Assembly: GCA_964016885.1 (NCBI GenBank)
Contig: OZ024745.1
Location: 81,530,001 to 81,594,000, forward strand
Direction: 5' to 3'
Origin: Eledone cirrhosa
Taxonomy: Eukaryota
DNA length: 64,000 nucleotides
The position numbers were made by a program, and so were the translations under genes. This document shows positions 14,036 through 27,332 of this stretch, in pieces; within the stretch, counting starts at the first letter, position 1; the number at the start of each line of letters is the position of its first letter. The notes beneath the pieces are model-generated. The model worked only from the letters and a program-made list of their open reading frames with translations. It did not search any database and was not told the origin of the DNA.

Positions 14036-17000
14036 TTAAGGGTACTATTTATGGTTATGTATGCAATAAAATCTTTGATGGTAATATATTATATATACAC
14101 AAACCTTAAATAGTGAGAGATAGTCTTTAATTACTATCCTATTACCAGTAAGTTAAATAGCTCAATATAATAACATCAGTTGTTATACAGAGCAGTTATA
14201 TAGAGATTACAGTAATCAAAGTTCAGTTTAAGTCATTTATTTGCTTACAATTGTTTCCTCCAAACCGAGGTTTGGATTCTTCGGAGCAACTATTTATAAC
14301 ATACTTGACCTCCTTTTCAACCCAAGAGACACATAAAACATATGCGCATATTGATCAACAGTGGGGTGACATTCATCAAATGAAACAGCATGGCAATTTA
14401 CATATAAAGTGTTACATGATAAAAATAAAATAAAATAAAATAAAATAAAAGCAAGAGTGAAAATAAAGATAAACATGAAGCGTTGGCAGTCTATGAAGAT
14501 AAAGCAAGAGGAAAGCTTAGAGTAGTCAGTGCATGAAGCAATCTCCCGTGTAGCATGCCCGCTTGTCTTATCTATACATGATTAGAGTGCGTCAGAATGA
14601 TATTTGCAGGGTCAGGCAGTTGAAGCAGGCAATCGATCTAATAATATAGGCTGAATTAATAAGTCATTAATTCTCATACATCTGTATGATATACAATCTC
14701 GGATGCGGGGAAACACCAAAATATCAAAAACCTTCAACATACTATAAACCTTATTGTATCGTAGGCAAGGTCGTACCACTGTCCTTGCTCACACCACCAG
14801 TCACATAATCCATGAGACGCAATATATATATAGAGAACACGCGTCTATCGTATAATTCGCAGTGGTTCAGTATATAGTCAAGCTATAAACGGTATCCAGT
14901 CGGTTCTTAATTAATATATCATGCTGTCCAAATTCCGGAAGTGCCTGAATGATTAAGGGGAATTAATGCGTAAGGGGAGGTAACTAGCTAGTTATTTTAG
15001 TTAAATTACTATGCTAAACTACATTAATGGTGATTCAAATACGTGCCTATCATGTGAAGTCATAACTAATATCTAGAGTATGGTACCCATTTATAAGTTA
15101 GAGAGTTGTTCATTAAGAAGTACAAGGGTGTATATACTAGGATGATTGCCAACCAATAATTAAGGGGTGTCATATCTGAACGTTCTATAAGAGGAGTCGG
15201 ACTCTCAAGTCACTGCTCCATGCAAATGTAATACAACAGTAGGACCTGGTATGGTCCCACTATTATATATATGCCACCCGGTAGGCTCCGGGTCATTGCT
15301 TGCCTGCATCTACAGTAAATCTTCGGTATGGTCCGGAGATCCGATCTCTCATATAAACGCACTAGTCTGGCCATCAGGTAATAGACAACCCCCGTCTCAA
15401 ATATAAATCAATTATGTATCACATTTCCAAGCTAGAGTGGAGTCTATTAATAGGTATTAAAGGAGTCCACATCAAGATGATTACGTTCATAATTCAATGA
15501 ACTGATCGCTTACAGTATATACTCACTTAACAATACGATTATCTATCTAATCATCAATCTATCTCTTGGTGGTAATCTATGCACAGGACTATGCTATCAC
15601 AACGAGTACCGTGTCCCCAGTTTATACTAATCTTATATTTGTGCAATGCAGAATAAGTAGTCCACGGTCGGGATATCAGTATTAGAGGTACAAGGGGGTA
15701 TTCCCAGGGTAGGTGGCACTCAAATGCTGTCAGTATTATCTTTAGGGTATAGAGATGGGTGTGGATGTGAGGTGTAAGGTGTGCTACGGATGTTAATTGC
15801 TAGGGGTGGTGCCGGTTCCAGTCTGACAATATTATATATAGGGTTTAAAGTTTTGGAACGAGTGTCGGAAGCGGTGTTGGCAATTTGCGAACACTTCTGA
15901 TTTTTTATTAAGGAGATTATGTTTAGAGAAGATGATAGTATGGGTCTCTAGTAGACAGAGGTTACAAAATTTATCAGGTGGTTTGTACGATGTTGCACTC
16001 CCTACCACTTCCCATTTAAGTGTATATATTTTATTTTTAGTTTTTAGATAGTGTATGTAGCTAGATAGTGAAGTGGAGTTGGCTAGACTGTGTTTTTTGA
16101 AAGAGTGGAGGTGCGAATTGTATCTAGTTTTGAAGCAGTTAGAAGTGGAGCCTATGTAGGTTTCAGAAGAGCTGTTAGTTGTGACTGTACATGAGTATAT
16201 GATATCCTTGGTTAAGCATTTTTTATCTAAAGGGCAGGTTCTACTTGATCTACAGTTACAATTACTCTGGGTGCTAGTCTGCCGGTTACTATGCTGTGTA
16301 GAAGTTTGAAGGTTAGCTATAGGGTTATGGTTATGCGGGTTGTGGTACGCAGCGTTAATGTTTACACTAGTGCTATTACTACTATTTCCATTGATATTAC
16401 GGTTATTTGTTATAATGTTACTTTGACTGTCATTTTGAATGTTATTTTGAAGGTTTATCGACCGTTGTGATTTAGTTTGTTGGCAGTAAGAATTAATTTT
16501 TCTTTTATTTGTACTAGCTATGTCGTATGCTAAGTTAGGCGTAGTAGAGTATGAGATCTTAATAGTGTTTTTGTTTAAAAGACCGTGGTACCTGTGGCCG
16601 GATGGGAAGTGTTTATCTAGTAGTGAGAAGAAAGCCCTAGGAAGGTTGGTAGAGACGTTTAAATTGAAAGGAGGGTTGAAAAATGTATTATTTCTTCTTC
16701 TATTTCTGTTTTTTATGTTTTTTATGTCTGGTGATTTGTTTCCTTTAATGTTCCTATGGTCATTTCTGTGGTGCGGGTTACTCTTGTTGTTACAATCCCT
16801 ATTAGTGTGTGTGCAGTTGCTACTAATGCCTGATTATAATACTGCGAGTTATTGTTAAATGTGTTTATGTCATAGGATAGATTAGAGATTCTATTAGATA
16901 CTCCCTTAGAGATAGAGTTCAATATAGATTTAGGGTGGTTAGACTTGGTATCTACGTAGATGAGTTTTTCATTAGGTTTGTGGAAAGGTGCATATATCAT

Positions 17001-17411
17001 TGAGTCCAAGTAGAGTGTGGCGTCTAGGAAGTTGACGTTTTTTGTGTTTTTGTCCATGGTAATACTAAGGTTAAAGTTTTTGAATGTTTTGTGCAATAGT
17101 TTTCTAGTCCTTTCTATATTGAATTTTTTATAGTCTATAAGTAGGAGTGCATCATCGCGATACAAACCACCGCTGAGGTACGGAAGTTCCCTGTGGATTA
17201 GGTTAAGTAAGTATAGGCCAACCAAATCAGTGACCTGCGCCGAGTCACTAGACCCCATAGTAATGTCGAAGTTGTTTTGCGTATCCTTGCGGGTCCATAA
17301 TTGGTCCTCAAAGGTGATTATTGTTTTACGGGCCGCAAGTATGACATCAATCTGGGGTCTAGTCAAGTCACTATTGTCCATGGCCATTATAAGTGCCTTA
17401 TTTAGTAAGAT
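14035..17411 (-). mobile_element. Inverted arm of Naiad-type PLE (RT from motif A onward, GIY-YIG, 3' region)
   Basis: 14202-17411 is the near-identical reverse complement of 18064-21375, with a ~103-bp deletion matching 18653-18755. Confidence 0.92.
14241..14289 (-). ncRNA. HHR-like motif, mirror copy of 21288-21336
   Basis: Reverse complement of the motif at 21288-21336. Confidence 0.6.
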
Positions 17412-19743
17412 GACTCCTTCGGCTTTAAAACATTTCGGCTTTAAAACATTTAGAAGCCCCCCTCATAATACACTATTAAACCTCTTCGAAAACGACCTAA
17501 TTAAACTAGTTAAAAACATTAAATACAAAAAACACCATAATAAAAACAACACCTTCTTAAACAAACTTAGCACCTCTATTAATGACTTCAAAACTAGTAG
17601 TAAAATTGTTGTACATGCCGACAAAACTAATAACATATACAGCCTAGATTATAATACGTATAGAAAGTTTATATATAATGAACTACATAAAAGCTACAAA
17701 AAAACCACTATGAAAAACTTAGAAGATATTAATATGGAAGGCTATAATATAGTATCCAAACTAGGGCTCCAGAGACATACACAACCTTACACCCCAAACC
17801 CCCTAGATTCTCTCTGAAGGACCATAAGGTAGACTTCATTAGCAACCCCTCGCTTAGACTAATCTGCCCCTCCAGGTCTGACATTGGCATTATCAGTAAA
17901 AAAAATCCTAGACAAAATCATCCCACAGATTAAACACAAGATTTACCTTAAGCAATGGGGAAATACGGGTGAGGTGATTGAATGGTTCAAAAATATCATA
18001 GATAACAAGGATAAAAAATTTATCCAATTTGATATCAACTCTTACTACACCTCTATTTCCCCTATCTTACTAAATAAGGCACTTATAATGGCCATGGACA
18101 ATAGTGACTTGACTAGACCCCAGATTGATGTCATACTTGCGGCCCGTAAAACAATAATCACCTTTGAGGACCAATTATGGACCCGCAAGGATACGCAAAA
18201 CAACTTCGACATTACTATGGGGTCTAGTGACTCGGCGCAGGTCACTGATTTGGTTGGCCTATACTTACTTAACCTAATCCACAGGGAACTTCCGTACCTC
18301 AGCGGTGGTTTGTATCGCGATGATGCACTCCTACTTATAGACTATAAAAAATTCAATATAGAAAGGACTAGAAAACTATTGCACAAAACATTCAAAAACT
18401 TTAACCTTAGTATTACCATGGACAAAAACACAAAAAACGTCAACTTCCTAGACGCCACACTCTACTTGGACTCAATGATATATGCACCTTTCCACAAACC
18501 TAATGAAAAACTCATCTACGTAGATACCAAGTCTAACCACCCTAAATCTATATTGAACTCTATCTCTAAGGGAGTATCTAATAGAATCTCTAATCTATCC
18601 TATGACATAAACACATTTAACAATAACTCGCAGTATTATAATCAGGCATTAGCTAGATCAGGCCATAATACAGGGATAGAGTTCCTACCGACAAAAACAC
18701 ATAGCTACAACATCATTTCACACAACATGTCCATGAGAAAATTTAATAATAAGAATAGCAACTGCACACACACTAATAGGGATTGTAACAACAAGAGTAA
18801 CCTGCACCACAGAAATGACCATAGGAACATTAAAGGAAACAAATCACCAGACATAAAAAACAAAAAACAGAAATAGAAGAAGAAATAATACATTTTTCAA
18901 CCCTCCTTTCAATTTAAACGTCTCTACCAACCTTCCTAGGGCTTTCTTCTCACTACTAGATAAACACTTCCCATCCGGCCACAGGTACCACGGCCTTTTA
19001 AACAAAAACACTATTAAGATCTCATACTCTACTACGCCTAACTTAGCATACCACATAGCTAGTACAAATAAAAGAAAAATTAATTCTTACTTCCAACAAA
19101 CTAAATCACAACGGTCGATAAACCTTCAAAATAACATTCAAAATGACAGTCAAAGTAACATTATAACAAATAACCGTAATATCAATGGAAATAGTAGTAA
19201 TAGCACTAGTGTAAACATTAACGCTGCGTACCACAACCCGCATAACCATAACCCTATAGCTAACCTTCAAACTTCTACACAGCATAGTAACCGGCAGACT
19301 AGCACCCAGAGTAATTGTAACTGTAGATCAAGTAGAACCTGCCCTTTAGATAAAAAATGCTTAACCAAGGATATCATATACTCATGTACAGTCACAACTA
19401 ACAGCTCTTCTGAAACCTACATAGGCTCCACTTCTAACTGCTTCAAAACTAGATACAATTCGCACCTCCACTCTTTCAAAAAACACAGTCTAGCCAACTC
19501 CACTTCACTATCTAGCTACATACACTATCTAAAAACTAAAAATAAAATATATACACTTAAATGGGAAGTGGTAGGGAGTGCAACATCGTACAAACCACCT
19601 GATAAATTTTGTAACCTCTGTCTACTAGAGACCCATACTATCATCTTCTCTAAACATAATCTCCTTAATAAAAAATCAGAAGTGTTCGCAAATTGCCAAC
19701 ACCGCTTCCGACACTCGTTCCAAAACTTTAAACCCTATATATA
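17412..19743 (+). pseudogene. Naiad-type PLE ORF (RT and GIY-YIG), 5'-truncated, about three frameshifts
   Basis: FGFKTFRSPP, HADKTNN, LKDHK, QFDINSYYTSI, TMGSSDS, YRDD, NFLDA, SNHP. Then CNCRSSRTCPLDKKCLTKDIIYSCTV...TYIGSTSNCFKTRYNSH...CNLCLLE...LNKKSEVFANCQH, stop at ~19743. Confidence 0.9.
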
Positions 19744-21287
19744 ATATTGTCAGACTGGAACCGGCACCACCCCTAGCAATTAACATCCGTAGCACACCTT
19801 ACACCTCACATCCACACCCATCTCTATACCCTAAAGATAATACTGACAGCATTTGAGTGCCACCTACCCTGGGAATACCCCCTTGTACCTCTAATACTGA
19901 TATCCCGACCGTGGACTACTTATTCTGCATTGCACAAATATAAGATTAGTATAAACTGGGGACACGGTACTCGTTGTGATAGCATAGTCCTGTGCATAGA
20001 TTACCACCAAGAGATAGATTGATGATTAGATAGATAATCGTATTGTTAAGTGAGTATATACTGTAAGCGATCAGTTCATTGAATTATGAACGTAATCATC
20101 TTGATGTGGACTCTTTTAATACCTATTAATAGACTCCACTCTAGCTTGGAAATGTGATACATAATTGATTTATATTTGAGACGGGGGTTGTCTATTACCT
20201 GATGGCCAGACTAGTGCGTTTATATGAGAGATCGGATCTCCGGACCATACCGAAGATTTACTGGAGATGCAGGCAAGCAATGACCCGGAGCCTACCGGGT
20301 GGCATATATATAATAGTGGGACCATACCAGGTCCTACTGTTGTATTACATTTGCATGGAGCAGTGACTTGAGAGTCCGACTCCTCTTATAGAACGTTCAG
20401 ATATGACACCCCTTAATTATTGGTTGGCAATCATCCTAGTATATACACCCTTGTACTTCTTAATGAACAACTCTCTAACTTATAAACTGGGTACCATACT
20501 CTAGATATTAGTTATGACTTCACATGATAGGCACGTATTTGAATCACCATTAATGTAGTTTAGCATAGTAATTTAACTAAAATAACTAGCTAGTTACCTC
20601 CCCTTACGCATTAATTCCCCTTAATCATTCAGGCACTTCCGGAATTTGGACAGCATGATATATTAATTAAGAACCGACTGGATACCGTTTATAGCTTGAC
20701 TATATACTGAACCACTGCGAATTATACGATAGACGCGTGTTCTCTATATATATATTGCGTCTCATGGATTATGTGACTGGTGGTGTGAGCAAGGACAGTG
20801 GTACGACCTTGCCTACGATACAATAAGGTTTATAGTATGTTGAAGGTTTTTGATATTTTGGTGTTTCCCCGCATCCGAGACTGTATATCATACAGATGTA
20901 TGAGAATTAATGACTTATTAATTCAGCCTATATTATTAGATCGATTGCCTGCTTCAACTGCCTGACCCTGCAAATATCATTCTGACGCACTCTAATCATG
21001 TATAAATAAGACAAGCGGGCATGCTACACGGGAGATTGCTTCATGCACTGACTACTCTAAGCTTTCCTCTTGCTTTATCTTCATAGACTGCCAACGCTTC
21101 ATGTTTATCTTTATTTTCACTCTTGCTTTTATTTTATTTTATTTTATTTTATTTTTATCATGTAACACTTTATATGTAAATTGCCATGCTGTTTCATTTG
21201 ATGAATGTCACCCCACTGTTGATCAATATGCGCATATGTTTTATGTGTCTCTTGGGTTGAAAAGGAGGTCAAGTATGTTATAAATAG

Positions 21288-21336
21288 TTGCTCCGAAGAA
21301 TCCAAACCTCGGTTTGGAGGAAACAATTGTAAGCAA
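21288..21336 (+). ncRNA. HHR-like motif (U4C core, A·G closing stem II)
   Basis: ttgct-CCGAAGA-A-tccaaacc(tc)ggtttgga-G-GAAAC-aatt-GUA-agcaa. Stem III is palindromic (ACAAUUGU). Confidence 0.62.
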
Positions 21337-21408
21337 ATAAATGACTTAAACTGAACTTTGATTACTGTAATCTCTCTCTCTCTATATATATATATACATA
21401 TATATATT

Positions 21409-21439
<31 letters not shown>

Positions 21440-21441
21440 TA

Positions 21442-21478
<37 letters not shown>

Positions 21479-21482
21479 AGTT

Positions 21483-23345
21483 TAAAGCCTCCTTCGGTCA
21501 GGGCTGACCATGGGTAGTACCCTGTTGTCAGCTCCGCTGCAGCAGCGTCTCCGGTAGCTAAACATGAGTGACAGCTTCTGTCACATTGAACACATCTGTA
21601 TATGATCTCTGGTCTGTTGGATTTATTGTGCTCCTTTCGCCGGGCTCTCCTTTCCGCTGCTGCAGTCATCAAACTCTCCTCCCCTGATTTGAGGTGTTGA
21701 TTCTGGGTGTTTCTTCATCTTGGCCGGTCAGTTGCGAGGCCCTCATAGGACTCTGTGGTGATCTCAATGGCCTTCATATCTCTCTTCACAATGTCTTCGT
21801 ATCGCAGCCGAGGTCAACGGTGGCTCTCTTTCCAGAGGCCAACTCCCCATATAAGATGTCTTTTGGGATGCGGCCATCATTAATGCGGTGGACGTGTCCT
21901 AGCCAGCTGGGAAGGCCAACATAAATAAGGACCTCAGCGTTGGGCACTCTGTCCTGCCAGGATATACCCAGGATACGGCGCAGGTTTCTCAGATGGAAGG
22001 TGTTGATCTGCCATACAGCAGTGTGCTGATGACACAGGCATTGTACACAACTATTGTATACATTGTCTTTACCACCAGCTTGGGTTTGTCCACACTCGGA
22101 TTGTGAGGCGAGCAAATGTTGTGGCTGTCTTCCCAATCCTCCTGTCGAGCTCTGTATGCAGGGAGAGGTTGTCGGTGATGGTGGAACCGAGGTAGGTGAA
22201 CTGATGGACGACGTCGAGCTCATAGTCATCGATTTTGATGACCGGTGGTACCTCTGTGTCCTGTCCCAAGATGTTTGTCTTCCCAAGGCTGATGCTCAGT
22301 CCAAAATCTCTGCAGGCCTGGGAGAAGCGGTCCATCAGCATCTGGAGTTACTGCTGGGAGTGCGTCGCAACTGCTGCATCATCAGCAAACAGCATGTCTC
22401 TAATGAGACCTTTGTCCCCACTCTGAGGCGGGCGGGGTTGAACAACATGCCGTCTGATATGGTATGTAGGAAGATCCCCTCTGTTGTAGTGCCAAATGCA
22501 TACTTCAAGAGCAGAGCAAAGAAGATCCCAAAGAGTGTGGGCGCAAGGACACAGCCTTGTTTTTCGCCGCTGCGAATGCTGAATGGCTCAGAGGTACCCG
22601 CGTTAAACTGCACTGTCCCCTTCATGTAGGGGTGTAAAGACTCGATCATGCTCTGCAGTCCCGGTGAGCAGCCAATCTTTGGGAGGATCTTGAAAAAGCC
22701 GTCTCTACTAACCAGGTCAAACGCCTTGGTAAGGTCGATAAAAGCAACATACAGGGGCATGTTCTGTTCCCTACATTTCTCCTAGAGTTGGCGGAGGGAG
22801 AAAACCCTGTCTACTGTTGATCGCTCGGCTCGGTGGATCAAGATGATCCATGCGAATACCTTGTCGACGACACTGAGAAGGGAGATGTCAGTGTAGTTGT
22901 TGCAGTCGCTTCTTTCGCTTTTGTTCTTGTAGATGGTGATGATCTTAGCGTCCCTCATGTCCTGTGGCACAGCACCTTCTTGCCAGCACTGGCAGAGGAC
23001 CTCATGCAGTGACCGCAGTAGGGTAGTCCTGCATTGCTTGATCAGGTCTGGAGGAACCCCATCGTCACCTGGGGCTTTGCCTCAGACCAAGCTGTTTATG
23101 GCCTTGTTGAGCTCTTCCAAAGTCGGCTCAGCATCAAGCTCTTCCACAACAGGCAGTCACTCAACAGCATCGAGAGCCGAGTGGGACACGGCTGTTCCGT
23201 CTGGAATAGAGGTCAGAGTAGTGCTCCACCCATCTCCCCATCTGGCCCCTGTCAGTGATTACTTCCCCAGGGTTGGATTTCAGGGGAGTTGTCTTGCTCT
23301 TGACCGGTCCTAGTGCTTTCTTTATGACATCGTACATGCCTCTGA
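21483..23345 (-). mobile_element. 5'-truncated, decayed RTE-clade LINE
   Basis: VPQDMRDAKIITIYKNK..SDCNNY..ISLLS, FIDLTKAFDLVSR, GEKQGCVLAPTLF, FTYLGSTI, WLGHVHRINDGRIPKDILYGEL. C-terminal CVQCDRSC and a 3' stem-loop-like end. Confidence 0.9.
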
Positions 23346-23568
23346 TATATACGTTTGTTCTGTTACTGGTTTCAGTTCATTGCCAGATCACCACAATGAA
23401 GGGTATATTGTATCATATTGATCCCAATAATTATTTCGGTCTGGTACGTATTCCATTAATCCGACTGACTACGCACGTGTATTTTTCTCTCAATTTTTTT
23501 TTCTCATTTTTCCTGTTCTTTCCTCTTGTCACTCTTTACTTTCTATTTATCTTATATTTCTAACCCTA

Positions 23569-23650
23569 TCTTTTGATGAAGGATTAGTGTCCAAAACGTT
23601 AAGACCCTCTTCCTGCTATTTTAAGCGTTAAACTAATATATTTCTTCAAT
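23569..23650 (+). repeat. Decayed PLE pLTR/HHR remnant
   Basis: tctt-TTGATGA-A-gga(ttagtg)tcc-AAAAC-GTT-aaga. HHR geometry is kept but the core is mutated. Confidence 0.45.
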
Positions 23651-23687
23651 TTACTGTGCTGTTTATTTTGTTATTTTTGCTTTTACT

Positions 23688-23804
<117 letters not shown>

Positions 23805-23812
23805 AGAGAGAT

Positions 23813-23881
<69 letters not shown>

Positions 23882-24249
23882 CACACACATTTGTATATAG
23901 TTAAATAGTATTAAACTGATAGTTCTGGACTTACGACCGTAATGCCAAGTGTTCGATTCGATTCAATTCATTGCTCCAGTATACTTAGCTGAAAATAAGT
24001 AACAGTAGTAGCTGGTGGTTTAACTCTGCGATTAACTGCTGTCCTGTCCAGGGGTTAGTATTGTACTCACAGTCACTTAACGCCAAGGAAACGAGGATAA
24101 GCACCGGCCTTGTGATAGATTTTAGACTATTAAACATTAATCCGAATACTACAATAAAAACTTACTTTCTTGTTTGTAAATTCAATCTAACACACACACT
24201 CACACCCTCATATACACACATATTTAAAAAATAATTTTACTTGATTTAT

Positions 24250-24557
24250 TTGACTGCGGCCAAGCTGGAGCACAGTCTTGAAGGGGTTTTGTCGATAATA
24301 GTGACCCCATTTACTTTTTAAAAGTCTTGTAGTTAATTTCATCGATCGCTTTTTCTCATTTTGACGAACCGCTAAGTCATGGGACATGAAAATGAACATC
24401 CACACAAACACATAAATGTGTGTGGCGGGATTCCACAGAGTTTCTGTATACCAAATTTTACTCACTGGTCAACTTAGGCTATAGTGGAAATATTTTGAAC
24501 GCAGTGATACTAAACCTGAAACACCGTGGTTGTAAAGCCAACTCTTTAACCACAGCT
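24250..24557 (-). mobile_element. Decayed tRNA-derived SINE (second family)
   Basis: gaaccgctaagt..ggac...agtttctgtataccaaatt..actca...ggctatagtggaa...ctctttaaccacagc. The minus-strand head resembles an A box (GCTGTGGTTAAAGAG). Confidence 0.5.
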
Positions 24558-24568
24558 ATGTCTGCGCA

Positions 24569-24614
<46 letters not shown>

Positions 24615-24615
24615 G

Positions 24616-24672
<57 letters not shown>

Positions 24673-24673
24673 G

Positions 24674-24741
<68 letters not shown>

Positions 24742-24742
24742 A

Positions 24743-25017
24743 CAGAGTCTGATATACAATATTGAACGATGAAATAACTAAGGCAAAGTGTAGTAATTAA
24801 TCAATCCATTGTTTTACAATCGTTCCAGAAGGCAAAATCAAAATGTATCGATGTATAGACTAACCGATAGTTAATAACTAATCGTAACTTCTATGGATTA
24901 TCTACACATCGATGCACTTTGATTTTGCCCTCTGGAACGATCGTAAAACAATAGATTGATTAATTACTACACCGTGTCTTAGTTATTTCATCGTTCAACA
25001 TTGTATATCAGACTCTG
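24743..25017. mobile_element. Fold-back MITE, Tc1/mariner-like CAG...CTG ends followed by TA
   Basis: ~115-bp imperfect inverted arms: cagagtctgatatacaa...atcgatgtataga / tctacacatcgat...ttgtatatcagactctg|ta. Confidence 0.75.
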
Positions 25018-25123
25018 TAGGTTACGAATACCACTTTTTCACAAAAAACAATTTTCCTTGACTTCGATGGGATATTCCTATTAACACTTCATCGAGTTCT
25101 AAAGTCCTGCCTTTACACACACC

Positions 25124-25218
<95 letters not shown>

Positions 25219-25611
25219 TTACACACACACACATATATGTATATACACACACATACATATACACACACGCGCGCGCGCGCGCACACACACACATACACAT
25301 ATATATATATATATATATATGTTAACACATACATATATATGTTTTGGAGTCATCTCAACATAATTTGGTTAGCAGCACGCTGATTTCTGTTGCATATTCA
25401 ACTATTTCAATTTTTATAATTTTTCCAGTTTCTGTTTATACTCCATTGTTTTCGTTCGTTCAGTATTATAGCCGTGTTGACCTTTAGTGTGTTTTATTAA
25501 GTAAAGGTCTACTGCGACATGTCCTTCTAATTGTTTCTATTTGTTATTCATTTTCTTTATTCTGTTCATATTCAGTTGTTTCGTATTGTATGCTGATAGT
25601 GGTATGTGAAA

Positions 25612-25930
25612 ACACGTGGCTTAGTAGTGAGAGAGTTGAATTCACATTTCTGGGGTTTTAAATTCGATTCCCGGATTGCGTGGTGTGTTGTGTCCTTGAG
25701 CAAAAAACTTTGTCTTACGTTACTCCAGTCCATTCAGCTCTAGAAATTAACTGCGACGCCAGTGGTGCCTAGCTACATCGCCCTTTGCCTTTTCCCTTGG
25801 ACAACATCGATGGCATGCCGAGGAGAGACTGGTACGCATGGGCGACTACAAAAACTCTTTTCCTTGGAGGGGAACTTTCTAGATGCAAATCCCATACTCA
25901 TTCGTGACCGGAGGGCTTTTTTACCTTTTA
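25612..25930 (+). mobile_element. tRNA-derived SINE (third type)
   Basis: A-box-like gtggcttagtagtg, B-box-like attcgattcc, followed by gtgtccttgagcaa..acttt. A similar head occurs at 59276-59350. Confidence 0.6.
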
Positions 25931-26099
25931 ATAGTCGTATATATTCGGCTGGGCATATATATATGGCTTCACCTCTTTCCTTTTTGAGTTTCTCGGTTTG
26001 GTGGGTGGATTATGGTTTCGATTAGCTTGATAAGTGGTTCCAGGGTTACTTTTCTTGGGATAGGAAATACTCTATCCAAAGTTAGGAAGAGTCTCCCGA

Positions 26100-26196
<97 letters not shown>

Positions 26197-26274
26197 ATTT
26201 GAAGACTAAAATCCAAAGATCCCGTTAAGGGTGAAAGCAGCGATTCTTTGCTTAAACTTTAATCTGTTATTTTA

Positions 26275-26305
<31 letters not shown>

Positions 26306-26464
26306 ATAGAAAACAAAAAATCAGTGATGCATCTGAACTCAATTTATTGTGTGTTACAATTGTTTCGCCGGCGGACAGCTCGAGATGTGATTATTGTGTG
26401 GATCTGTCTGATTCTGGACCCGCAGGTTCGACGGACACGTCTAATGATTTCGGAGCATTGCGTG

Positions 26465-26577
26465 TATTGTAAATAGGTAGTGCTCGACGGCTGAGCTCAC
26501 GTCGTTTCGATGGCGAGTTATCCCTTCGCCGTCGAAACGACGTAAACTCAGCTATTGGGCACTAAGTATTTGCAATA
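26465..26577. repeat. Imperfect hairpin related to 48649-48770
   Basis: ~52-bp arms around loop gttatccct. Shares cgacggctgagctca...gtttcga(c/t)ggc with the 48.7 kb hairpin. Confidence 0.75.
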
Positions 26578-27130
26578 TATATACTTGATACTTTTTAAGA
26601 TGAACGGAAAACGGTGCCAGGGACAGGTAACTCTTTATATCTTTGTCCCCCTCTCTCTCTCACGCCTCTCCTACACTACTACCACCGCTGTTGCTGCTGC
26701 TACTTCTGCTGTCTTCGCGCCTGCTGCTGTTGCTGCTTCCATCTGAATAGGACACTGCCTCTTTTCAGCGCTGTCGCACCCCAGAACGGACATGTTTCTA
26801 CTGCTCTTTTGTTTTGTTTTACCTACCTACAAGCGTCACACCCACAGAAAGTTTGATTTTGTTGTGTGGGCTAGCTTTGAATACCTGACACTTCCTTTTC
26901 GCTCGAAAACGTGGCTAGAAGGAAGCTGAGGGGGTTATGATGCTATAGTTCTTTATTAAATGTCAACATTTAAGCTCTATCACTCTCATTCCCTCTTTTC
27001 TTCTTCTTCTTCTTCTTCTTCTTCTTCTTCTTCTTCTTCTTCTTCTTCTTCTTCTTCTTCTTCTTCTTCTTCTTCTTCTTCTACTTCCGTTCATAAGAGG
27101 TTATATTTTAACCCGACTCCTTGCCATTCA

Positions 27131-27229
27131 TAATTGTTTCTACTTTTGGCACAAGGCCAGCAAATACCCAGTACATTACTGGTACTTTATTTTATCGACC
27201 CCGTAAGGATGAAAGGCAAAGTTAACCTC
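27131..27229 (-). mobile_element. SINE 3' fragment (OK/OR-like family)
   Basis: Near-identical to 44224-44320 and 61804-61900. Confidence 0.75.
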
Positions 27230-27332
27230 ATAATAACTTCATAAGTTAACTTCATAATAACAGCTGGCTGGGCTGTTTACAGTTATTTCTGTGTTTGAGA
27301 TTGCTACAATTTTCTGATATATATATATATAT

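Larger units (their letters stand above)
17412..21375 (+). mobile_element. Forward arm of Naiad-type PLE with a ~1.6 kb non-coding 3' region ending at an HHR and (CT)n/(TA)n
   Basis: ORF as above, then a 3' region, TATAAATA near 21279 and the HHR-like motif. Confidence 0.9.

Noticed and set aside
17230-17817. 195-aa ORF crossing the inversion junction
   Set aside because: Its first ~60 aa are antisense RT sequence from the inverted arm fused by chance to the PLE N-terminus.
26340-26920. Additional HHR-like fragments (cgaaacaattgtaa on minus near 26346-26359; ctagct...gctcgaaaacgtggctag at 26871-26918)
   Set aside because: The cores are missing or too decayed to call ribozymes; probably old PLE remnants.
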